From positions 1 through 64,000 of the IMG/VR virus record IMGVR_UViG_3300022744_000022: 64,000 bases of DNA; one strand, written 5' to 3'. A program made the position numbers and the translations under genes. Each line of letters starts with the position of its first letter. The stretch's first letter is position 1. The notes under the pieces were generated by a model. It ran no database searches, was not told the DNA's origin, and saw only the letters and a program-made list of their open reading frames with translations. Below are positions 1 through 9,047 of the stretch, piece after piece.

Positions 1-1053
1 GCGGACAAGCTCAAGCAGCCCTACCGTATCAAAATTATCAGCTCTGCCCGTGGTGATACTCGTAAGGGCGAGTGGATGTACGGTAAGCGTGTAGATGAAC
101 TGGCGGACAACCTTAAGGGTATGGCCAAGAATCTGCGGGATTTGTCCGCGTTTGTGGCGGCTGGTGATAACAGCACGGACAAGCTGCTCAACTACATCTT
201 GGACAACATGACCAGTGTGGTTGCGGGTTGGGATCCTGTGGCTCGCCGAGCTACAACCACGACCAGCACGTTGCGTGAGCAGATCACGCACGACACCGCC
301 ATTTTTGCCGATGACGACGGGGATGGTGACGAGACTGAGACAGAAGAAGCGGTGCCGGAAGTGGGCGACGATGGTTCGCTAGGGGTTACCAAGAAGGACA
401 ACAACGACGAGTTGCCTAAGGGTCTTGGCGCGGTGCAGTTTTTGTACCAAATGGCGGTACCTAACGCTAACGATCAAGAGTACAACACGGATCCTTCTAC
501 GGCCCAAGGGTTCGTAGCAAAGATTGCTCGGTACTCGAAGTTGTCTGAGACCCTGCGCATTGATCCCGAGAAGTGGGAGCGAGATCAGAACAAGATCGCG
601 GATCCTGGGCAGCGTAGGGCGAAGCCTCCAGCTATCACGCTTTCTACGGTACACTCGGTCAAGGGTCTTGAGTGGCCTAACGTTTCGGTGTTGATGCCTG
701 CGGGTAAGTTCCCGCCTGTGCGTAAGCCTCGTCCCGATGAGCCCCCACCTGATCCGGTAGAAGAGGCGGAGAAGCTGAAGGCTGAGCGCAACTTGGCGTA
801 TGTGGCTTTGACCCGCGCTGCCGTGAATCTTGAAGTGTTGTGCCCTATGATGTCGGGTTCGATGCAGGCAGGAATCAGCCCCTTTGTTATTGAGGCTGGC
901 CTCAAGGTTGGGGAGAACGTTCCGAAGGGCGAGGTGTTCGAGTCTGGGGAGAAGACCGCTGCTGTTGAGGCTATGGATCCCCATGTGTTGGAGACCTTAG
1001 AGCGGTTCGCAGATGAGCTGCCTGCCCCGTCGTACGATCGGAGGGGGTCATGA
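1..1053 (+). CDS. UvrD/Rep/PcrA-family (SF1A) DNA helicase, C-terminal part (5' truncated by window edge)
   Basis: Frame is open from base 1 (ADKLKQPYRIK...). Contains ITLSTVHSVKGLEWPNV (motif V) and ERNLAYVALTRA...SPF (motif VI), typical of the UvrD C-terminal domain. Confidence 0.9.
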   Translation, partial: ADKLKQPYRIKIISSARGDTRKGEWMYGKRVDELADNLKGMAKNLRDLSAFVAAGDNSTDKLLNYILDNMTSVVAGWDPVARRATTTTSTLREQITHDTAIFADDDGDGDETETEEAVPEVGDDGSLGVTKKDNNDELPKGLGAVQFLYQMAVPNANDQEYNTDPSTAQGFVAKIARYSKLSETLRIDPEKWERDQNKIADPGQRRAKPPAITLSTVHSVKGLEWPNVSVLMPAGKFPPVRKPRPDEPPPDPVEEAEKLKAERNLAYVALTRAAVNLEVLCPMMSGSMQAGISPFVIEAGLKVGENVPKGEVFESGEKTAAVEAMDPHVLETLERFADELPAPSYDRRGS

Positions 1054-1448
1054 AGAAGCAGGCCATGGCGGCGACTTACACAGCGATCTCGCTTGAAGAC
1101 ATGGAGACGTTCCTCAAGCGAGCGTTCCGTGCGCTCAAACCTGTCAAGGGGGCGCAAAAAGGTGAGCTGGTGTTCGATCTGTATCTTAGCCCTACGACGG
1201 GTGTCCGCGTTTGGACCTCGATCGCACAGCACGGCACTACGGGTGCTGGGGTTGGGGATGATGCGATTCGGGTGCAGCTCTACAGCTTCGCAAAGAACCG
1301 TCCCTTGATGCCGGGGAAGGCTCCGATTGTGAAGCGTACGCAAGGCTGGCGGGACAACCTAAAGGACCGCATCGAGGACTACATGGAGAAGTACGACTCG
1401 AAAGAGGCTGAGATCGAGGCGGGCAAGTTCATCAACTGGAATGAGTAA
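1050..1448 (+). CDS. hypothetical protein (132 aa)
   Basis: ATGA overlap with the helicase stop, GAGGGG SD upstream, plausible globular composition. Confidence 0.8.
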   Translation: MKKQAMAATYTAISLEDMETFLKRAFRALKPVKGAQKGELVFDLYLSPTTGVRVWTSIAQHGTTGAGVGDDAIRVQLYSFAKNRPLMPGKAPIVKRTQGWRDNLKDRIEDYMEKYDSKEAEIEAGKFINWNE

Positions 1449-1496
1449 CATTCCCGCGAACTGTGATTCATTTGTAGGTTACACTACGTAACTGTA

Positions 1497-1847
1497 GTGC
1501 AAAACCAAGCTTGTTCTATATGCGCTGGGCGAGGCCGAGTTCATCTTCCAAGGTGTAGGATCTTTGCCGATCCCGACGCCACGTGTACTTGTGGCCACCG
1601 TCCCTGTCCTTCGTGTGTAGGCCCTGGTGCCCAGCATGGGGGTGCGGGGGACCGCGCTCTTTTGGAAGAACGCTGTGAGGAACTGCTGCGTTACCCTTTG
1701 ACGGATTTGGAGCGGGCTTACGTGCGGGACCTGCGGGCTCGGTTGGGTGCGGGCCATGCCCCTATTTTGGTGGACTGGTTTCGTTCCCGAGAGTTGCTGG
1801 AGAAGTACGCAGGCCCGTCCTTGAACGGGTCCCGCAGACGGCATTGA
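1497..1847 (+). CDS. hypothetical Cys-rich (possible Zn-finger) protein, GTG start
   Basis: Fills the gap between + strand genes. CSIC, CTCGH and CPSC motifs. No clear SD. Confidence 0.5.
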   Translation: MQNQACSICAGRGRVHLPRCRIFADPDATCTCGHRPCPSCVGPGAQHGGAGDRALLEERCEELLRYPLTDLERAYVRDLRARLGAGHAPILVDWFRSRELLEKYAGPSLNGSRRRH

Positions 1848-1849
1848 TG

Positions 1850-1859
1850 TTCTTCTAGT
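1850..1859 (+). promoter_or_regulatory. candidate phage late-promoter motif TTCTTCTAGT
   Basis: One of about 6 similar intergenic motifs (consensus TTCTYYTRDK), 16 nt upstream of ATG 1876. Confidence 0.4.
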
Positions 1860-1875
1860 GGGTTCCCTGTAGGGG

Positions 1876-2508
1876 ATGCCACCGCTCAAGAAGACACAGC
1901 AGCCGCGTCGCGTGGCTATGGTGACGTTTGGGACCGACGGGTTTGTGGACTACGTGCAGGTCCCGGACGGCCAGCGGTACATGCTGGGTCCGGTTTCGGT
2001 GCTCAAGTTGATCACCGGCTTGGTTCCCACGCGAACCGCTAGGGTGGCGCTCAAAGAATTCGTGTCTTCGCAGCAGGTGATGCTGCCTGTGGACCTCGAC
2101 CGGATGTGGGCAATGCTGCCCTTTCGGCGGGCTCGGTTTTCGTCCACTACTAACCCTCTTATGAGGGGCCCTGATCGTCAGGCTCAGATTGCTCGCTGTG
2201 GCGAGACGGAGAAACAAGCCGCCATGCTCAAGACCGCTTCCTACGATACGTTCACCGCCAATGTGGAACTCGCCGAAGACATCGTAGCCAAGGTTGCGGC
2301 GACGGATGAGGCGATTGAGCGTCTTAAGACCGCTGGTAAGCGGTTTGATTCGGTTCGTGCCAAGGCGGACCTTCACAAGATCGCGTCTCGGGTTGCTGAG
2401 ATTGCTCAGAACGTGGATCTCGCGCAACCGTGGGTTGGCAACGACCTGGCGGATCTCTCTAAGCAGGCGACTGAAATCCATGGGCTGTTCGAGCCTAAGG
2501 AAGTCTGA
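1876..2508 (+). CDS. hypothetical protein (210 aa), helical C-terminal half rich in K-x-A motifs
   Basis: ORF with AGGGG SD; codon usage like neighbouring genes. Confidence 0.85.
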   Translation: MPPLKKTQQPRRVAMVTFGTDGFVDYVQVPDGQRYMLGPVSVLKLITGLVPTRTARVALKEFVSSQQVMLPVDLDRMWAMLPFRRARFSSTTNPLMRGPDRQAQIARCGETEKQAAMLKTASYDTFTANVELAEDIVAKVAATDEAIERLKTAGKRFDSVRAKADLHKIASRVAEIAQNVDLAQPWVGNDLADLSKQATEIHGLFEPKEV

Positions 2509-2545
2509 AACCCGCCTCCCCTCTGACCGCTGAAGGAGTCCTGAA

Positions 2546-3256
2546 ATGGCGAACGTATCAACTTCCAACTACATCTACCGGATGGGCACGGCTCCGAATA
2601 CTCGGGCCGCTGTATCCCAGAAGAACAAGATCTACGGCTACACAGTCGGTGTGGGCGGCTTTCAGCAGCTTGGGGTGATCTCGGAGTTCGGCTTCGATGA
2701 GTCGCGTACCATCGATCCGATCCGTGGCGTCGGCTTTGGTGACCAGATCGCTGAGTTGGTGCCGTCAGTCACCGACCCGATGACCCTGACTTTGAACAAG
2801 ACGCTGCTCTACACGGCGAACTTGTATCAGATCCTGGGGTACAAGGGCGGCATCGATGGTTTGGCGCGTTCTCTGCGTCACCACCGTTGGCCCTTTGACA
2901 TCAAGCAGGAGTTGGTGTTCTCGGAGCTGGCGTCGCTCCAAGACCCTAATGGCGTTTCGGTCCAAGCGACGGTCACAACGGGTCCCACGAGTGCGGACAA
3001 CCCGATCGTTACCCCGCGTGCGCTGCTGACGTTCTACGAGGGTTGCTGGATGAACAGCTACTCGGCGAGCTTCACCAGTGACTCGGCGATGGTGGCTGAG
3101 AACTCGTCTGTGACGGTCACAGACATCATCGACGGCGTGAGCCAGTACGGTGAGTTCATCGATACGGGTCTTGCGCCGGTATCGGCGAATGGCGGTCCGG
3201 GCAAGGGCTTCTCCCTGAGGTTCGCCAACAACAGCAATTCGGTCGTTCCGGTCTGA
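2546..3256 (+). CDS. tail tube protein (contractile tail, gp19-like)
   Basis: AAGGAG SD, 236 aa. Beta-rich pattern GVISEFGFDESRTIDPIRGVGFGDQIAELVP...LTLNKTLLY and terminal FYEGCWMNSYSASF...VAENSSVTVTD resemble tube proteins. Lies upstream of chaperone-like genes and the tape measure. Confidence 0.75.
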   Translation: MANVSTSNYIYRMGTAPNTRAAVSQKNKIYGYTVGVGGFQQLGVISEFGFDESRTIDPIRGVGFGDQIAELVPSVTDPMTLTLNKTLLYTANLYQILGYKGGIDGLARSLRHHRWPFDIKQELVFSELASLQDPNGVSVQATVTTGPTSADNPIVTPRALLTFYEGCWMNSYSASFTSDSAMVAENSSVTVTDIIDGVSQYGEFIDTGLAPVSANGGPGKGFSLRFANNSNSVVPV

Positions 3257-3261
3257 CCAGG

Positions 3262-3283
3262 TAGCCGCCCTTTAGGGCGGCTA
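3262..3283 (+). terminator. GC-rich hairpin after the tube gene (terminator or mRNA-stabilising stem)
   Basis: TAGCCGCCC-TTTA-GGGCGGCTA, a perfect 9-bp stem 5 nt after the stop. No strong U-tract. Confidence 0.55.
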
Positions 3284-3291
3284 GTTCATGG

Positions 3292-3437
3292 GTGACAGCG
3301 GTTGAGCTAGATGTACATCAAACCAGATCAAACCAGATGTGAATTTTAGGTCGTAGGTAGTCGCACTAGACCCAGATGTAGATCCCGTTCGATTTAATTC
3401 AGCGCTGTCATCCTCACCAAACAAGATGAGGATGAGA
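3292..3437 (+). promoter_or_regulatory. structured 5' leader with competing stems, one occluding the SD of gene 3437
   Basis: GTGACAGCG(3292-3300) pairs with CGCTGTCAT(3403-3411). TCATCCTCA(3408-3416) pairs with TGAGGATGA(3427-3435, contains the SD). Internal ATCAAACCAG tandem repeat and AGATGT x3. Confidence 0.5.
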
Positions 3438-4498
3438 TGAGCACGTTATCAGCAAAGAAACTCAATGAGGCCCTATCCAAGGCCAAAAATGTTGGCCTTG
3501 TCGAAGAGAGCTTCACGATTGAGGACTGCGAGCTAACGCTTCGCAATCTGCGCCCAGCCGAGTACGCGGACGTTCTTCAAGACTGCTCGGGTCTTGAGAG
3601 TGTGGAGTATCTGAACGCCTATCAACGAGGGCATCTGGCTCGTTCGATAGTGGCGATCAATGGGATTGATCTGCACTCAACGGACTTCGTAGAGGTCGAA
3701 GAAGACGACCCTAAAAAGCCCGGGCAAGTCCGAACGGTGAAGCTAGAGCTTCATACGTACTTGAACAAGCACGTGCTCCGCACGTGGAGCAAAGAGGCCG
3801 TCTACACGGCTATGCGTAAATTTGGGGATGTGGTCGCAGCGGCTGAGCGCAAAGCTAAGGATGGGATCACTTTCGTGGTCGCTGACGAGACTCCGGAAGA
3901 GAAGTACCGTCGTTTATTGCTAGAGGCCAAAGAGTGCGAGGACGAGATCCCCGCCACTATGTTGGACAGCATTCTTGACGACATGGGCTTCATGCGGAAG
4001 TCCACTGCTGACGAGATCAAAGCGGCGATGGCCAGAACGGATGCTTTGGCTCGCGAGCAGGAAGTCCAAGCCCCTACCCCGGAGCCCGTTCCAGTCGCTC
4101 CTGAGCCGGTGGTATCGAGGCCCATTGAGCCCGAGCCCGAAGCCCCACAGGCGGCTAGGCGGCCTTCTGTGGCAGACCCGCATGTAACGCTCCAGCAGGC
4201 GATTGCAGCCCGTCAGGCCCCTGTCCCAGCCCCAGCTACGCCAGTCGTTCAAGCAGCTCAAGGCGAAAGCCCTGCCGTAAGCCGTACCTCCGAAATTGCT
4301 GCCCTAGAGGCCGACTTGCCGACCTCTTTACCAGGTAGTCATGGGCCGATTGAGGTGTACCGTCCGGAACAACGTCCGGAGCCTGTAGAGCTGCGCCAGC
4401 GGCAGCAACCGTTTGATGCTTCTGCGGCATCTGCGATTCTTGACAAGCCCCCCGCAGCCGGGATCAACCCGAGGTTCCGTCCTCCGCCCAAGGTCTAA
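3437..4498 (+). CDS. putative tail assembly chaperone 1 (globular N-terminus, Pro/Ala-rich disordered C-terminus)
   Basis: Lies between tube and tape measure. ELTLRNLRPAEY...LARSIVAING pattern. Confidence 0.6.
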   Translation: MSTLSAKKLNEALSKAKNVGLVEESFTIEDCELTLRNLRPAEYADVLQDCSGLESVEYLNAYQRGHLARSIVAINGIDLHSTDFVEVEEDDPKKPGQVRTVKLELHTYLNKHVLRTWSKEAVYTAMRKFGDVVAAAERKAKDGITFVVADETPEEKYRRLLLEAKECEDEIPATMLDSILDDMGFMRKSTADEIKAAMARTDALAREQEVQAPTPEPVPVAPEPVVSRPIEPEPEAPQAARRPSVADPHVTLQQAIAARQAPVPAPATPVVQAAQGESPAVSRTSEIAALEADLPTSLPGSHGPIEVYRPEQRPEPVELRQRQQPFDASAASAILDKPPAAGINPRFRPPPKV

Positions 4499-4501
4499 AG
4501 T

Positions 4502-5785
4502 ATGTCTGGTGCAGCTCAGACATACGAGGCAGAGCAGAAGAAGCTCCAGGCTGAGTACAGTGGGCAGCCTCAGGGGGACATCCACATCACGGTTCCGAAA
4601 GAACCGGAGGTCAATCCTGAGGTCTACAAGGACGTGGAACCCATGCTGTACCGTGGGTTCCTTACGGTACAGGCCGAGATCAACGGGGTCTACTTCGTAT
4701 TCAAAAGCTTGAACCACCACGAGCTGGAGCTACTCCGTTTCAGTGGTGGCTTTCGTGGGGATCGCGTCACCGCCAAGTTCTGGGACATTTTCCTGGCCTA
4801 CGGTGTGTTCATGGTCGATGGGGTCAACATCCTCGCTGAGCGAGACAGGTGGATCCCTAAGTTAGCCGAGACGTTTGGGGGCCTGCCTAAGGAAGCACGT
4901 TCAATGATCGTCCGGCATGTGGGCGAGGTGAACAGGCGGTCTTCTAACGCGGTGGCTCTCACGGAAGCGTATGCAATGGAGGCGATGTCTCGTTACCGTT
5001 GGATGCAGCTCAAGGGTCTGGATTTGTCTTCGCCTGCGGTGACTGGGATCGAGGGAACGCAGCGGTTGGGCCTCAACTGGGCGCAGCATCTTTGGCGGGC
5101 TCTAAACCATGCCGAGGATCGAAATGAGCAGCACGAACGGGAGTGGGAGAACGCCAAGTTCGTAGGGTCTTGCTTCGCGGGTAAGGGTATCTCGAAGGTC
5201 TACAACCAGGACAATGATCGTCGGCGTAAGGACAAGGAGGAGCGTCTTTCGCGTAAAGACAAGGTGCTTCGCGAGATCGTCCTGGGGGAGAAAACGGAAG
5301 CCCACACTCTTACGATTCCTGGGGCTGTGATCACAGCTCCGAGGACGGTCGAGGAGCTTGCGTCGCAGTTGGAGAAGGATCTCCGGGGCGACAAGGATTG
5401 GCACGACAAGGTGATCGAAGCCCATGAGACGAAGATCCGGAATCAATACGGTGAACGTCAGGCTCAGCTTGAGGTCGTGGCAAAGGAGAACGCGGTTCAA
5501 TTCGGCGACCGCAGTGTAGTGGGTGGTTCCGACGTACAGGGTCTGACGCCCGAAGAAGTTGCTGCGCGAGTGGAGAGGCGTAAGCAGCTTCAAGCGCAGG
5601 AAGCGGCTCGGAGACAGGTCCATCCCGAAATCCAGGATGAGAAGACGCAGAACTTCCTGAATAAGTGGGGCGTTCTCGGGCCTGAGGTTGCGACCGAAAT
5701 TTCTACTACAGATCAGGATATATCAGGGGCTGTTCCTTTACCGACAGTGCGGGCTCCGGCTACCCCGTTCCGAAGAAAGACGTGA
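4502..5785 (+). CDS. putative tail assembly chaperone 2 / pre-tape-measure protein
   Basis: Immediately before the tape measure. FVFKSLNHHEL...LAYGVFMVDG resembles the previous gene's N-terminal domain. Confidence 0.55.
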   Translation: MSGAAQTYEAEQKKLQAEYSGQPQGDIHITVPKEPEVNPEVYKDVEPMLYRGFLTVQAEINGVYFVFKSLNHHELELLRFSGGFRGDRVTAKFWDIFLAYGVFMVDGVNILAERDRWIPKLAETFGGLPKEARSMIVRHVGEVNRRSSNAVALTEAYAMEAMSRYRWMQLKGLDLSSPAVTGIEGTQRLGLNWAQHLWRALNHAEDRNEQHEREWENAKFVGSCFAGKGISKVYNQDNDRRRKDKEERLSRKDKVLREIVLGEKTEAHTLTIPGAVITAPRTVEELASQLEKDLRGDKDWHDKVIEAHETKIRNQYGERQAQLEVVAKENAVQFGDRSVVGGSDVQGLTPEEVAARVERRKQLQAQEAARRQVHPEIQDEKTQNFLNKWGVLGPEVATEISTTDQDISGAVPLPTVRAPATPFRRKT

Positions 5786-5788
5786 TCC

Positions 5789-8700
5789 GTGGCTTCTGAA
5801 AAACCCGAAGTAGTCAATTTCAAGTTTGCGGTTGAGTCCAAGACTGCAATCGCGGAAGCGACTCGTTTTCAGAAGGAGCTGACCAAGCGGCTCAAGTTGG
5901 TTGAGAAGACCGAGAAGGACCTGAACAACGGACTCACGAAGTACCTCTACAAGATGGGCCGGGCCAAGCAAGTGGTGGGCCCCACTTTGCAGAAGGAATT
6001 GAAGTCTCGCAAAGCGATCCGGGATACGATCAAGAACACCGCTTCTTCGCTCACGCAAGTCACGGCGGTGGCGACCAAGACTTCGGCAGTCGTTGAAGAA
6101 CTCAAGTCGCGACAGCTCAACGCTGAGAAGGAATTGGCTGCCCTCCAAAAGGAGGCCGATGCCGCCAGTAGGCAGCTTGTTGAGGACAAGCGGAAGGGGT
6201 TGGCGGTTGACGCTGCCGCTGTAGATGCTGCAAAGAGTAAGGTAGCTGCGGCTAAGGAAGGTCTTGCAGACATCAAGGCGGTGGTAAAGGAGCAAGAGGC
6301 TGCTCTGAAAGGGGCTCAAGACATTGTTGGGGTCAAGAAGGAGGAACTGGCAGCCCTCAAGGAGCAGCAGAAGGCGTCCCGAGCCTCTGGGATGAAAGAG
6401 AGTGCAGGGGCTCGTGCTGATTCGAGCCTAGAGGGTATCGTCAAGAACCTCTCCACGGCCGTGCGTGAGTCTGGCGAGGATTTGGTCAAGCCCTTCGAGG
6501 CGTTTGCCCGCAAAGATCTGGCGGGTGTCATGGAAGAGGGTGGGACGCTTGCCGGTAAGGCGTTCCGTAAGACCTTGGTGATGGCCCAGATGGGTAAGGC
6601 CATGAAGAAGGACCCCTCGAAGGCTGAGGGGATGGGGACGGTTCTCAAGGGGGTGGCCACGATGGCGGGCAAGATGGCCCCCGTCTTGGACATCCTTGGC
6701 AAGATGGCTCCGGCCATTAGCCTAATGGGCACCGCGATGATGAGCCTCGTCAAGATGTTCATCGACGCTGAGGCATCGGCGACCGAGTTCAACAAGGAAA
6801 TCTTGGCCTCCAGCAGCTCATCCGGCTTCATGATCGACAACATGCATGACGTTGGGGCTGCCGCTGCGGATGCCTCTAAGTTCTTGCGTGCTTCGATGCC
6901 GGACATAGAGGATTGGCGAAACGTCCAGCGGGGCGTCACCAAGGATATGGTGGCGTCAACCACGGCGGCTCTGGGTGCTGAGGGTGTAAGTGTTACGATG
7001 CTGCGCAAGCAGCTCGACGGCCTTGCTTCGTCTACGGTGGACGGCGCTAAGGACATGCAGAATCTGAATGACGTGACGTGGATGTCCACGGCCTTCTCTC
7101 GGCAGTTCGGCGTAAGTCTCAGCGAGGTCACTCAGCTTCAAGGCGAGATGATGACCGAGATGGGCGCGAATCTTACGAGTGTCGAGACTCAGTTTCAGAA
7201 CATGGATCGCTCAGCGGAGCAGGCGGGCGTTGCGTCCAACAAGTTCTTCGGAATTATCCGCAGCTTCTCGTCTGACATGTCCTTGTTCACGCTCCGTATG
7301 GAGGACCTGACCAAGGTCATGATGGTGCTCGGTAAGACGATGAGCCCTCGTAACGCTCAGAAGTTCTTGCAGACGGTGACCCAACAGTTCAAGGGGGCCA
7401 GTCTCATGGATCGTACCCGCTCAGTCCTTCTTGGGGGTAAGGAGGAAATGAAGGGGATTGCGCAAGAAGGGGCAAAAGGACGAACGGCAGCGTTGGGTGT
7501 TGACTTGAGTAGGACCGTAGGACGGGACATCTCTGAGGAAATCAAAACGTTGGTTGCTGGGGGTAGTTCGGAGTCGAACACGAGAGAGATTACAGCGTTC
7601 CTGGCACAGTTCGGGGACAAGCTGACTGGGGCACAGCGGGAGGCTGTTCTAGATGCTGCTCGTATGCAGGGTAAGCTCAACTCCGATGATACAGTAGATA
7701 TCGCTTCGGCCATCAAGGATGCGAGCCCTATCGATGCTATCAAGATGTTGCAGCAGATCTCCGAGCGGAGATTTGGCAAACCTCTTGAGGAGTTGACGGG
7801 GATCCAGAGGTTAGCCATTGAACAGATGGCCAACATCAATGATGAGCAGATCGATCAGATGTACAAGATGAAGGCGGGTCTTATGCAGACCCAAGAGGAT
7901 CTGATCGCTAAGATTGGTAAGTACCAAGCGGCTATCGCAGGCGGCGCTACTCCTGCTGATGCTAAGAAAGCCGCTGGGTTCACCGACGCTGAACTCACGA
8001 GTCTGACCAACTTGGGTACGTCGATCGATGACCAGGGTGCCGCTGCGACAGTTCGTGCCAAGTCCGCAGAAGATATCTGGAATAGCATGGACGCCACACA
8101 GCAAGAGCTGCTGAAAGGCGTGGACGAAACCAAAGCATTCCAAACGCAGATGGGTTCCCTACAGACGAGCATCGCCGACAAGATGGCGATCGTCGTGGAC
8201 TTGCTCACTACGTCTATCTACAAGGCCCTGATGGCCATGTACGACGCCCTTATTGGTTTGTGGGACGGCTTCATGGGTCTCTGGGGTGATTTAGGTAGTG
8301 GTAAGATTGGTGCAATGCTCGGTCTTAGTGGGCCCGGTGAGAAAGAGAAGCAGAGGAAAGCTAACCGTTTTGGTGCCGACATTGACCCTGCGGCGGAGGC
8401 AGCTCGTGTGGCGGCTAAGGGGCAGCAGACCTCAGCGGCGGAGTCTACTGCGTTAATGTCGGTAGACCCCGGTGACGCCTCGTCTCAACCTATCGTAGAG
8501 CAACAGAGCGCCACTACCGAGTCCGTAGATACCGTCAACAAGACGTTGAAGAGGGGCATCGTTCAAGGTCGTCCGACGCAGGCGTATAACGCTGCCACCG
8601 AGGACGCCACTCTCAAGGCGATCCGTCAGGGACTCTTTGAGTATTACCTCTACTCCCAGTTGAACCCTGCCGATGTGATGTCTGCCATGGGCCAGGGTAT

Positions 8701-9040
8701 GGACCCCATGAGCATGGTCAGCGGTATGTCGGCAGGGGTCTCGCAAACGGGCAGCACCGATGCAGCGTTTCAACTGCTGCGACCCCACGCCACAGGCGGC
8801 GTGGTGACGGGTATGTCCGGGAACATGGCGAAGGTCAACAGCTTCCCCCCAGCCCCTCCTGGTGAAGGTTGGACTTCTGTGGGTCGTGGGGAAACGATCA
8901 CCCCCGCTGGGGGTCGTGGCGGCGGTGGTGGGGGTGGCGTCAAGGTTGAGCTGGAGTTGAAGGGCGACTTACGGCGCTTCATTGACGCTCGTGTGGTTGA
9001 TGGTGCTGCACAGTTCGAGCGCAATAAGCGCCTTCGCTGA
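5789..9040 (+). CDS. tape measure protein (1083 aa, GTG start)
   Basis: Long Ala/Lys/Met-rich helical protein, hydrophobic stretch (APAISLMGTAMMSLVKMF), C-terminal HATGGVV...GEG...GETITP pattern common in tape measures, and the expected position. Confidence 0.85.
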   Translation: MASEKPEVVNFKFAVESKTAIAEATRFQKELTKRLKLVEKTEKDLNNGLTKYLYKMGRAKQVVGPTLQKELKSRKAIRDTIKNTASSLTQVTAVATKTSAVVEELKSRQLNAEKELAALQKEADAASRQLVEDKRKGLAVDAAAVDAAKSKVAAAKEGLADIKAVVKEQEAALKGAQDIVGVKKEELAALKEQQKASRASGMKESAGARADSSLEGIVKNLSTAVRESGEDLVKPFEAFARKDLAGVMEEGGTLAGKAFRKTLVMAQMGKAMKKDPSKAEGMGTVLKGVATMAGKMAPVLDILGKMAPAISLMGTAMMSLVKMFIDAEASATEFNKEILASSSSSGFMIDNMHDVGAAAADASKFLRASMPDIEDWRNVQRGVTKDMVASTTAALGAEGVSVTMLRKQLDGLASSTVDGAKDMQNLNDVTWMSTAFSRQFGVSLSEVTQLQGEMMTEMGANLTSVETQFQNMDRSAEQAGVASNKFFGIIRSFSSDMSLFTLRMEDLTKVMMVLGKTMSPRNAQKFLQTVTQQFKGASLMDRTRSVLLGGKEEMKGIAQEGAKGRTAALGVDLSRTVGRDISEEIKTLVAGGSSESNTREITAFLAQFGDKLTGAQREAVLDAARMQGKLNSDDTVDIASAIKDASPIDAIKMLQQISERRFGKPLEELTGIQRLAIEQMANINDEQIDQMYKMKAGLMQTQEDLIAKIGKYQAAIAGGATPADAKKAAGFTDAELTSLTNLGTSIDDQGAAATVRAKSAEDIWNSMDATQQELLKGVDETKAFQTQMGSLQTSIADKMAIVVDLLTTSIYKALMAMYDALIGLWDGFMGLWGDLGSGKIGAMLGLSGPGEKEKQRKANRFGADIDPAAEAARVAAKGQQTSAAESTALMSVDPGDASSQPIVEQQSATTESVDTVNKTLKRGIVQGRPTQAYNAATEDATLKAIRQGLFEYYLYSQLNPADVMSAMGQGMDPMSMVSGMSAGVSQTGSTDAAFQLLRPHATGGVVTGMSGNMAKVNSFPPAPPGEGWTSVGRGETITPAGGRGGGGGGGVKVELELKGDLRRFIDARVVDGAAQFERNKRLR

Positions 9041-9047
9041 GATCTAA

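Noticed and set aside
1478-1499. Overlapping short hairpins GTTAC/GTAAC and CACTAC/GTAGTG covering the GTG at 1497
   Set aside because: The 5-6-bp stems are expected by chance and the downstream ORF is itself uncertain.
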